DNA of 64,000 nucleotides, taken from Opitutales bacterium (GTDB lineage Bacteria > Verrucomicrobiota > Verrucomicrobiia > Opitutales > UBA2987). Positions 18,723 to 26,958 of the stretch are shown here, in pieces. Both the position numbers and the translations under genes were made by a program. Under the pieces are notes generated by a model. That model was not told the origin of the DNA and ran no database searches. It worked only from the letters and a program-made list of their open reading frames with translations. The stretch spans positions 8,483 through 72,482 of the forward strand of contig JAJFLV010000234.1 of assembly GCA_021772535.1 (NCBI GenBank), written 5' to 3'. Positions within the stretch are counted from its first letter, which is position 1; every line of letters begins with the position of its first letter.

Positions 18723-19295
18723 TTATTTCCGTCCCAGCATGTCCATTTTCAGGCTAATTTGTATTTGGTCCTCATTATCTAAGCCGATCGAATTGGTGGA
18801 AAACCCATCAATGCGGGAAAAGTATTGCCCATGCTCCAGCCGGTATAGAAATTCGAGAACCTGCTGGAAATTTCCGGCTACACCGACGGAAAACTCAATC
18901 GGAGAATAAAGGGTGAGGGTGGGCTTGCCCGGAGGTGGCCGGGGCGGAGGAGGAGTGTCCGACTGGGAGAGGAGGGTCAGAGTAATCCCGGTTTTCTCCT
19001 CCAATCCATAGAAATACTGCTGGTTGATGGCTTTGTCCTCGCGCACTATCAGGCGTGATTGGATCTCCTCGCCGAAGGCAGAAATTTCTTTCACGTGCTC
19101 GGGAAGTGAAGCCGATTCTTTATTATTAGCAGAGATAGCGCCCCATTGATTTTCGATTCTGACAAGTTCGCCTTCCAATTCGGGCACTTTGGACTTGCGC
19201 AAGAAAACCCCGATTGCCAGCAACAATATAACTAACACCCCACCCACGGCAATCGGATACTGCTTAAGTTTCGCTATGATGAATTGAGCATTCAT
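18723..19295 (-). CDS. pilO: PilO-like inner-membrane pilus assembly protein
   Basis: 190 aa. It has a single N-terminal TM helix (YPIAVGGVLVILLLAIGVFL), a coiled-coil stretch and a compact C-terminal domain. It overlaps the upstream pilN-like gene by 4 nt. Topology and position fit, but there is no strong motif. Confidence 0.5.
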   Translation of the reverse strand: MNAQFIIAKLKQYPIAVGGVLVILLLAIGVFLRKSKVPELEGELVRIENQWGAISANNKESASLPEHVKEISAFGEEIQSRLIVREDKAINQQYFYGLEEKTGITLTLLSQSDTPPPPRPPPGKPTLTLYSPIEFSVGVAGNFQQVLEFLYRLEHGQYFSRIDGFSTNSIGLDNEDQIQISLKMDMLGRK

Positions 19296-19936
19296 TTGTT
19301 TATCGGCGGTATCAGTTCAACCCGTATGGAGCAATTGAACAGTCCCAGGTTTTCATCACGCTCCAGGGATTGCAGTTCCACCTTGTGGACGCTTTCCTTG
19401 ATGATATCCAGATTCTTTATGGTTTCCACATACTCCGTTACCAGCTGGGTTACGGCGGCAGGAGTACCATTGACTGTGCTTTGTAAAGTGACGAGCTTGC
19501 CGGGAGCGGTTTTGCGGTTGCCCAGATCAATTGTTTGGGAATCATAGCTGATGCTTTGCATGAGCATCTCCTCCGGTTTGACCTGGGCAAAAGTGAGGAG
19601 GAAAATAGACGGGGTTACCGGCGCCTTGACGAAATCCGTCAATTCCGAAATTTTTTTGGAGAGGGTGCCAAACTCCCCGCTCAACCTCAGATTATTGTTG
19701 TTCTTGCCAGTGTTTTCGCTGATTTTTGTTTCGAACTCCTTGATGCTCCGCCCAACGCTTAGAGCGGCGATTTCATTCTTGAGGAAAAACATCAACAGGA
19801 CGGCGGCCACAAGAACTATGCCCCAGTTGATTATGAAATCGGTCCGGATAGCCTTGATATCCGGCAATGTCTCCACATTCCGGAAATTGGGGTGCCAGGC
19901 CGACTGAACAATTTTTTTAGGCTTTCTAAGCGCCAT
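19292..19936 (-). CDS. pilN: PilN-like inner-membrane pilus assembly protein
   Basis: 214 aa. It has a short cytoplasmic N-terminus, a TM helix (FIINWGIVLVAAVLLMFFL) and a periplasmic coiled-coil plus alpha/beta part. It overlaps the pilM-like gene by 11 nt. Confidence 0.55.
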   Translation of the reverse strand: MALRKPKKIVQSAWHPNFRNVETLPDIKAIRTDFIINWGIVLVAAVLLMFFLKNEIAALSVGRSIKEFETKISENTGKNNNNLRLSGEFGTLSKKISELTDFVKAPVTPSIFLLTFAQVKPEEMLMQSISYDSQTIDLGNRKTAPGKLVTLQSTVNGTPAAVTQLVTEYVETIKNLDIIKESVHKVELQSLERDENLGLFNCSIRVELIPPINK

Positions 19937-20969
19937 CCGCCGCCTTGTCGTAGTTTCCCATCAAGCTGAACAGTCCGAGCCAACGACTGTCCAAGGTTTC
20001 CAGCTGGACGCCCTCGCTGGTGGTCAGACTCATCTGTTTAAGCCAACCGGGGTAATCCAGATGCAGCATGTCGACCCCCAGGGCACGTGATAAGGTGGCA
20101 TGCATCCAATTGAAATTGTTAGGCAGCAAAGTCATAAATATCTGCCCGATGGTCTGACCGGTTTGCACTTCGTAAAACCCGGTTGAGGCCTGTAGCTCCT
20201 TGAGCATTTTTTTCAGCAGGATCGGACCCATTTCGGTAAAATCGAATGTGTTGGAATAAAAAAGTTTTTTGGCCGACTCTTCATCCTTAAGGCCCAACTC
20301 GCTCTTGATACTAGGGAACATACTGGTCAATCCATAGGGAATCGGCCTCGCGATATCAACTTGTTTGCCACTTAAAATAAAGATGTTTGAGTTTTCCGGT
20401 GTGATTTCCAAAACCAGTGTCGGAAAGTGGATTTTCTTCCATTCCAAATAATTTTTGAGACCTCCCAGACCATTCAAAGAGCCGATCTCGACCGTTTGGG
20501 GGTATATGCCCCACTCCACTACGCGATCCTGCACCTTCTGCAGTTCCTCCAAGGTGGCGCCGCAAAATACCAGTTCCTTTTGAGCCTGCAGGTTCTTTTC
20601 GGCATCGAATTCGGTTCCATCGATTGCGTTGACCACCGCGACTCCGTTTTTGGCCGGATCGATTCTGAATTGGTTGGTTAGCAAATCAACCAGATAGGCC
20701 GGATCCTTGGCTTTGGCGGGAGATTCCAGCGTCGTTCGCCGGATGAATCGTGATTTGGGGTAAACGGAGCAGTGGCCCGTCAGGTAACCCCTTGCTTTGA
20801 CTTCTGCCAACCCGCCAATGAATTCCTGAATCTGCTCCAATTCAACATCAACAGGGCATTCTTGCAGGCTTTCAATTCTGAAAGGAGGAGTCAGGGTAGA
20901 GGTGACGGCGGCGAGAATGGAAAAATCACTGACCTCGACAAATACCCCCTTAGTCTTTGGCACTAGCAT
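19926..20969 (-). CDS. pilM: PilM-like cytoplasmic actin/FtsA-fold pilus assembly protein (divergent)
   Basis: 347 aa with no signal peptide or TM helix, and first in the block. The segment TLVLEITPENSNIFILSGKQVDIARPIPYGLTSM resembles the second phosphate-binding domain of PilM/FtsA but lacks the usual DIG/GG residues. Confidence 0.55.
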   Translation of the reverse strand: MLVPKTKGVFVEVSDFSILAAVTSTLTPPFRIESLQECPVDVELEQIQEFIGGLAEVKARGYLTGHCSVYPKSRFIRRTTLESPAKAKDPAYLVDLLTNQFRIDPAKNGVAVVNAIDGTEFDAEKNLQAQKELVFCGATLEELQKVQDRVVEWGIYPQTVEIGSLNGLGGLKNYLEWKKIHFPTLVLEITPENSNIFILSGKQVDIARPIPYGLTSMFPSIKSELGLKDEESAKKLFYSNTFDFTEMGPILLKKMLKELQASTGFYEVQTGQTIGQIFMTLLPNNFNWMHATLSRALGVDMLHLDYPGWLKQMSLTTSEGVQLETLDSRWLGLFSLMGNYDKAADGA

Positions 20970-21406
20970 TGGATTAGCAGAAGGAAAAAACCATTATTTT
21001 AACCAAGGGTGAAAAGCCGATAGTGAGCTTGAATCTACTTAGATTGAATCCCCAAGCTCAATTTCTACCCTAAAATAAAATTTAATGGTTGGTCTTTACA
21101 AGCAAAAAATACTTCCTTCCAAGCATTTAGGTGAAATTACCCGGTTTCAAGCGCCTGCCCAGGTCCCCAAATTTAAGGTCGGCTAGGAGAGAATTAAAAG
21201 TCGTTTGCTCCGCTCGTTTGGATGCTGCCGCTTATTCCCGGAGAGATGCTAAAGCCTCCAAAAGGCTTATATTGACTCCCTGATCTTTTTTTCAGCTACT
21301 CACCGTGCAGCCAAGGGAAAGGGGAAATAACCGAAAAAATGGCAACCCCTCTTTAAGCAATGAATGGTCCGGCGTGACCTCTCGCCGTGGCCTTTTTAGC
21401 AAACCA

Positions 21407-21505
21407 TCAACCCCACGTCCGCTTTTTGTGGCGATTGGACTTCATCCGCTTGCGGCGCTTGTGCTTGGCAATCTTGCGAGCTCTCTTTTTCCTCAGGTTT
21501 CCCAT
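21407..21505 (-). CDS. 32-aa highly basic micro-protein, ribosomal protein bS22-like (below the ORF-track size cutoff)
   Basis: Hand translation gives ATG GGA AAC ... TGA = [32 protein letters not shown]. By my recollection it resembles the mycobacterial/Bacteroidetes bS22 pattern (MGSVIKKRRKRM.KKKHRKLL..TR). It lies near rpsT. Confidence 0.5.
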   Translation of the reverse strand: MGNLRKKRARKIAKHKRRKRMKSNRHKKRTWG

Positions 21506-21772
21506 ATAATTTAATTAGTAAAATAGAAGGCCGTGACCTACCGGATCGATTGGAAATTCAATGTAATTATGGTTTAAATAGCAAATTAAAGCAGTAGAGG
21601 GCCACCAAAATTGCTATTTAAGGCCGCGAGTAAAGCCTTTTTTTATCCCTCACGCATATTTTTGGAGAATGATTTAGAAAAAGAGTCGGCAGATAATAGC
21701 CAGAGGACAAGAGTTTTGATTTTGAATTCTTTTTTGTGTCTCCTTCCTCCCGAAACCCTCCGACCTTACCTT

Positions 21773-22603
21773 TCATCGCAACATCGCCGACGAATAGAGC
21801 TGAAGTTTCTTTAAAAGCACCTGCCATGAATCGGGCAAATTCGACTCAATAACTCGTGACAGACCCTTCTCATCGGTAAACGAAACAGTCCCCATGTGCA
21901 GGCAAAGCCCGCGGTAGAGTGGTTGCTCCTTGCGCCGGGTACTAGCCCGGTAATCGCGCTTCAATTGCGAGAGGTAGATCGATGGCACCTGCCCATAGAG
22001 AGAGTCTCCCACTATCGGCAATCCCGATTCGGCGGCATGCAACCTTACCATATGAACGCGATAATAATTTGTTACCGCCTTCCACATGGAAAACGATCCC
22101 AGCCGTGCCATCCGGGAAAATTCCGTTCGAGAGCGTTTTCCCTGCCTGTGTGATACCACCAGGCGCGCCTTGGTCGAGTGCCGGGTCAACGGCAACTGGC
22201 AATCGATTGCCTCCTTTCCCTCATTGGCGGATTCTCTGGCCAATAACAAAAAGGTGAAACGCATCCCGCAGGATCCATGCTGATTGCGGAAAAAATCCGC
22301 TGACCGGGAAGAAGTAGCAAAAAGCGCAATCCCGGATACCTCTGCTTCGAGGGGAAGGACCGGAAAGGTCTTTCCCACTCCTAGCCGTTTTAATTCGGGC
22401 TTTTCACTGCGTGCCTGCCGGTTGATCCCCACCAACAAACTGGGCTGACCTGGGTACCAATCGTGGGGACAAGTCAGAATACCCGATGGTTTGTCGACGG
22501 CTACTAGCCCGCCATCCCGGTATAGTACAGGTAGACGCAAGGGCCGCTGGCCCAAAAGTGGAGCCGGAAAACCAATATGAGGTTGGTCCAATGAATTTCC
22601 CAT
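21773..22603 (-). CDS. RluA-family pseudouridine synthase-like protein with a degenerate catalytic motif
   Basis: 276 aa. GGLVAVDKPSGILTCP matches the RluA-family N-terminal motif. At the position of the catalytic HRLDxxTSG motif the protein reads LPLEAEVSGIALFA, so Asp is replaced by Glu and the His-Arg is lost. Confidence 0.65.
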   Translation of the reverse strand: MGNSLDQPHIGFPAPLLGQRPLRLPVLYRDGGLVAVDKPSGILTCPHDWYPGQPSLLVGINRQARSEKPELKRLGVGKTFPVLPLEAEVSGIALFATSSRSADFFRNQHGSCGMRFTFLLLARESANEGKEAIDCQLPLTRHSTKARLVVSHRQGKRSRTEFSRMARLGSFSMWKAVTNYYRVHMVRLHAAESGLPIVGDSLYGQVPSIYLSQLKRDYRASTRRKEQPLYRGLCLHMGTVSFTDEKGLSRVIESNLPDSWQVLLKKLQLYSSAMLR

Positions 22604-22852
22604 AACCTTTAATTTTTCCAGAGCCAGGGTGGCAGAGGAAATCGTGCCCGCAGGTCAAATTTCTCCGCACGAATCGCTGAAGGTCAGTCCTGGCGATTAT
22701 CAACCTGAATGGCCACCGATTTTATACCGGAAAACGACATTCTTCTCCTTTGTCTCCGTCTTCCTTTTCGTTCTTTAAGAATCTGCAAGTCGAAAAATCA
22801 CACAATCCCTGGGGAGGACGGTTCCTGCCCATTCCTATTTGCTTTACATAAA

Positions 22853-23107
22853 TTACTTCAGCAAGGCGGCACAGTCGGACTTATGCCGACTAGCTTTATT
22901 TGGGTGGATGACGTTACGCTTGGCCGCCTTGTCCAAGGCCGAAACATAGACCCTGGCAGCCTCTTTGACCGCCTCCGGATTCTCCATACTGGTGGCGGTT
23001 TGTAAATTTTTCTGCATGGTCTTCAATTGGCTGCGTACATGACGGTTGCGCGCCGTGCGCCTGGCAATACGCCGAATATCTTTTATCGAAGATTTAATAT
23101 TGGCCAT
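22853..23107 (-). CDS. rpsT: 30S ribosomal protein bS20
   Basis: 84 aa. MANIKSSIKDIRRIARRTARNRHVRSQLKTMQK is a typical S20 N-terminus, and the size fits. Confidence 0.9.
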   Translation of the reverse strand: MANIKSSIKDIRRIARRTARNRHVRSQLKTMQKNLQTATSMENPEAVKEAARVYVSALDKAAKRNVIHPNKASRHKSDCAALLK

Positions 23108-23354
23108 AAATGAATCCTTTTGGTGGTTGCAAATGGTGCCAGCACTCTCCTGAGCACGGCAATATTGCCAAAAATGGAAAAGGGAAAATGGGTCTGGCCT
23201 CCCCCTCTGTCAATATACAAATGCGATTCTTTACATGAAAAAATTTTTGCTGTTACGGCAACAATCCTGAAATGGCATAGGATCGGGATATTATCCCGCG
23301 GCCTTGGCACTCACTCCATATGGTGCACAAAGGCAGGGTTGTCTAAGAGGGCGT

Positions 23355-24398
23355 CTAAAGCTCAACGGGTTTTCCACTTTGAACGGATCGATAAATTCCT
23401 TCAATCAGACGAATGGCTTTCCGGCCTTCGCGTCCAGGAACCTCGGGATCGACATGCTCCCATACCGCCCGCATCAAATCCTCAATTTGCAGACGATGCC
23501 CATCGCAGCTAATATCCATCGGGTTCGAGGTGCCCCCGCCAAGATTGAGATCATCATCCTGGCTGAGCGCCTCACCATCACCGGGCCTTCTCTCCAAAAA
23601 ATCCCACTTAACCAACCGATCGTCCTCCAAAATTGCCGATCCGCGATCGCCACAGATTTCAATTCTTCGCTGGTAGCCTGGGAAGCAGGCCGTTGACATT
23701 TCCAAAACACCGATCGCACCGGAAGGAAAACGAAGCGCTCCACAAACAACGTCCTCAACCTCAAGGCCCTCATGGGCGCAGGTGGCGGAATAAGCGAACA
23801 CGGTATCCGGCATTCCCACCAGCCATTGTAAGAGATCCACGTAATGAATCCCCTGGTTCATAAGTGCTCCTCCACCATCCAGCGCCCAGGTTCCCCGCCA
23901 ATCGGCGCTATTGTAGTAATCATTGCTGCGCCACCATTTGACATAAGCGCTGCATAAGGAGAGCCGCCCGAAACGGTCTTCGGCAATAGCCTTCTTTAAC
24001 TTCTGGGCTTGTGGACTGAGCCGTGATTGAAATACAGCCGCCAGAATCTTTCCATTGCGGTTTGCAGCCTCGATCATCCGGTCGACTTTTGACAAAGTCA
24101 CTTCGAGCGGTTTTTCACAGAGAACATGCTTGCCTGCTTCGAAAGCAGGCACTGCCACATCGGCATGGGCGCCGCTCGGTGTGGTTACACATACAATATC
24201 GATATCGGCGCGTTCGAGAAGATCGACCAAGGAATAGGCCAAGGTAACGGAGTAACGCTCCGCGAAGGCCCGGCCATTCCCCCTGCCACGGTTGAAGACG
24301 GCCTTGAGTTCAGCGCCTTCGGTCCGTCGGATGGCCTCGGCGTGAGTCGCCGCAATGGCGCCAGTTCCGACGATCCCAAATCCTAAACTCCGCATCAT
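23355..24398 (-). CDS. Gfo/Idh/MocA family NAD(P)-dependent oxidoreductase
   Basis: 347 aa. N-terminal Rossmann motif LGFGIVGTGAIAATHAEAI, an EKPL motif (VLCEKPLEVT) and a C-terminal alpha/beta domain. Confidence 0.85.
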   Translation of the reverse strand: MMRSLGFGIVGTGAIAATHAEAIRRTEGAELKAVFNRGRGNGRAFAERYSVTLAYSLVDLLERADIDIVCVTTPSGAHADVAVPAFEAGKHVLCEKPLEVTLSKVDRMIEAANRNGKILAAVFQSRLSPQAQKLKKAIAEDRFGRLSLCSAYVKWWRSNDYYNSADWRGTWALDGGGALMNQGIHYVDLLQWLVGMPDTVFAYSATCAHEGLEVEDVVCGALRFPSGAIGVLEMSTACFPGYQRRIEICGDRGSAILEDDRLVKWDFLERRPGDGEALSQDDDLNLGGGTSNPMDISCDGHRLQIEDLMRAVWEHVDPEVPGREGRKAIRLIEGIYRSVQSGKPVEL

Positions 24399-24490
24399 GT
24401 TACAAGTGCGTTCGATTTAGGCTCACATTAAATTAGTCAAGAGAATTTTCCCAGTAGTGCTCAGCCAGCCAAAATAATTGGACGGGTGGA

Positions 24491-25780
24491 TTACTCATCT
24501 GGTTGAAGGTAGTCCAGTTGACCACGGGCTACCTTATATTCGTAATAGTCCACGATTTCCGAATCGAGGGAAAGCTCCAGAAATTCCATCGCCTTCTCTT
24601 TTTCCTTGTTCACAAGCCGCCATTGGGCGGCATAAAAATAGGCTTCGCAGAATTGTTCTCGCTCCGTAATGGGGTCCGAGTTGACCGCGGCGTCAAATAA
24701 TGCGTCCTCGCTATCTCTTCTCAGAGCAAACTGGCCCATACTGTCGTACCAGTCTCCGATCGCATCGTCGGGACGGCTTTCCAATTGACTAATGAGGGCC
24801 TTGTCCGCCTCCTCCAAATTACCCATTCGGGCGCGCACCATCCATAACCAGAGCCGGGCGTAGTCCCGCTGTTCATTCTCTTTGGCCAATCGCAACCCTT
24901 TGTCGATATCGCCCAGAGCCTCGGGCAGTTTTTCCTGGGAATAATAGAACAAGCCTCTGTGGAAATAATTTGCTGGCTCATTGGGGTCCATTTTGATAGC
25001 CTTTCCATAATCGACCAGGGCGCTGTCATAGAGACCTTGAGCAAATTTTACATCGGCTCGGAACAGGTATGGCAGAGAAGACCGCCGGTTGCGCTTGATA
25101 ACTTTATTGATGTCTTCCAGCCCGCCCTCGGTGTCTCCAGAATAAAACTTTGCCTGGCCCCTGAAAAGAGTCAGTCTAGCCTCATTCATTTCCGGGTATT
25201 TAATGGGGTCATAATCGCCCTGGCGCAATAAATCCAGGATCCGTTCATAGTCTTCCACTGCCCCGGAAAAATTTTTACGTTTGCTTCTGAGAAGAGCCTG
25301 GGCCCGGTGGTAAGGTGGATTGCCCGGTTTAAGGCGAATTGCTTCCGCCAAGTCTTCGGTTGCACCTATCCAATCGTTCTTTTTAATGTTGGCCTTGCTA
25401 CGCTCAAAATAAGCCTGGTCCTGGCGGGAATCCACCGCAATTGCCTCGGTAAAGTCATAGAATGCCCCATCGGTATTGCCCTGTTCAAAACGCGTAATAC
25501 CACGGTGAAGGTAGGCTTCCGCGTTTTCCGGGTCAACCCGGATCGCTTCGGTGAAGTCAAAAATAGCCCCCTGGGCATCCCCCACATCCTGCAACTCTTT
25601 GCCCTTTTCCACATATCGCTGGGAGCGCGTTTCGGCCTCCGGAGAAACTGCCACTGCCGGAGCGGCTGGGAGGTACAGGCCAAACCACCCCAGGAAAAGA
25701 GGGCGCCACAAAGAAAATTGTCCAACAAATCGCTGTTGGATTTTCCGGACGCGGCCGAATTTATTTAATGCTTGTGCCAC
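24491..25780 (-). CDS. Tetratricopeptide (TPR) repeat protein, secreted or membrane-anchored
   Basis: 429 aa. N-terminal hydrophobic segment (LFLGWFGLYLPAAPAVA) and many 34-aa TPR units (for example AEAYLHRGITRFEQGNTDGAFYDFTEAIAVDSRQ). Confidence 0.8.
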   Translation of the reverse strand: MAQALNKFGRVRKIQQRFVGQFSLWRPLFLGWFGLYLPAAPAVAVSPEAETRSQRYVEKGKELQDVGDAQGAIFDFTEAIRVDPENAEAYLHRGITRFEQGNTDGAFYDFTEAIAVDSRQDQAYFERSKANIKKNDWIGATEDLAEAIRLKPGNPPYHRAQALLRSKRKNFSGAVEDYERILDLLRQGDYDPIKYPEMNEARLTLFRGQAKFYSGDTEGGLEDINKVIKRNRRSSLPYLFRADVKFAQGLYDSALVDYGKAIKMDPNEPANYFHRGLFYYSQEKLPEALGDIDKGLRLAKENEQRDYARLWLWMVRARMGNLEEADKALISQLESRPDDAIGDWYDSMGQFALRRDSEDALFDAAVNSDPITEREQFCEAYFYAAQWRLVNKEKEKAMEFLELSLDSEIVDYYEYKVARGQLDYLQPDE

Positions 25781-26001
25781 TATTTGATTCTAAAAAGGTA
25801 TAAAATTTCCTACAGACGCTCCATTACAAATATCTTTATTTTAATAAATAGATATTGCACAGCAATTCAAGACTGTGTTCGGGGTTGCCGGGTTCCGTCA
25901 AGTATGTCGACAATCCGCACATGAAACCTTAAAAAAATCGGACCCTACCGATTTGGAACGGTCAGACTTAAGAAATAATTTCCGAAATCTTCCGAGCTTA
26001 T

Positions 26002-26835
26002 CTATTTGCTGTAGTTGACCTTTCCCTCCTGCAAAGCCTTCTCATATTCGTTGAGGGCCAAAGGCATTAATTCCAGCAAATGGTCCTTGCGATTCTCTCC
26101 CGAAGGATGAGTGGATAAAAACTGGGGTGGCTTTTCACCGGTTTCCGCTTCTTCCATACGCCGCCAGAATTCCAGTGATGCCACCGGATCGTAGCCCGCA
26201 CGGGCCAGGTAAATCAAACCGAGATGGTCTGCCTCTTTTTCACTAAGTCGGCTGTAGGGCAGCCTGTAGCCGAATGAAGTGCCGACCCCGTAAGCAGTCA
26301 ATACGGCATTTCGGCTTTCCCTGCTACTGTCTTCCATGGCAGAATCAATGCCGAAAGCCACAAACTGTATGAGCAATTCGCGGGATAAGCGCTGGTTGGC
26401 ATGACGGGCCGTCACATGGGCGATTTCGTGCCCCATCACCACAGCAAGCAGGCTGTCGGTGGTGGCGATTTTAAAAATCCCGCTATAAACCCCGACCTTG
26501 CCTCCCGGCATGGCAAAGGCATTGATCAATTCATCATTATCAAACACAATGAACTCCCAATCCGCATTCGGCAGGTCTTTCCCCACTGACCGGGCGATTC
26601 TTTTCCCCACCCGATTAACCCGAACATTCATCTCGTAATCGTCCGACACCTTCTCCTCCTCCTTCAATTGATTAAAGGAGGCCAGGGCAAGACGGCTTAA
26701 CTGAGCATCAGGAACCACATTCAAAGCGGTGCGCCCCGTCTCCGGAACCGTGTAACATCCCACAAACAAGAATAACAAGACCGGAAAAACAATCATCACC
26801 TCAACTCTCGGGAAGTAAATCGTTTTCCATTTCAT
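26002..26835 (-). CDS. M48-family zinc metallopeptidase lipoprotein (YcaL/LoiP-like)
   Basis: 277 aa. Lipobox LLFLFVGC, HExxH motif in VVMGHEIAHVTARH, and a downstream E (EKEADHLG). Confidence 0.85.
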   Translation of the reverse strand: MKWKTIYFPRVEVMIVFPVLLFLFVGCYTVPETGRTALNVVPDAQLSRLALASFNQLKEEEKVSDDYEMNVRVNRVGKRIARSVGKDLPNADWEFIVFDNDELINAFAMPGGKVGVYSGIFKIATTDSLLAVVMGHEIAHVTARHANQRLSRELLIQFVAFGIDSAMEDSSRESRNAVLTAYGVGTSFGYRLPYSRLSEKEADHLGLIYLARAGYDPVASLEFWRRMEEAETGEKPPQFLSTHPSGENRKDHLLELMPLALNEYEKALQEGKVNYSK

Positions 26836-26958
26836 ACCTTCAGTAGATACACCTTTGGAAAAATCTATGCCAGTCTAATCAGCAAGATTCACTTGAGAAA
26901 GAGAACATGGGAGCTGCCAGGGAGGAATAAATTCCAAGAACTGACAGTTTATTCGGGG

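Noticed and set aside
21367-21397. A hairpin plus T-run (ggtccggcg tgacctct cgccgtggcc ttttt) near the bS22-like micro-ORF as its terminator.
   Set aside because: The T-run is on the plus strand, and no plus-strand gene ends there. On the minus strand, where the micro-ORF lies, the stem is imperfect and is followed by attcatt rather than a U-tract. It is left uncalled.
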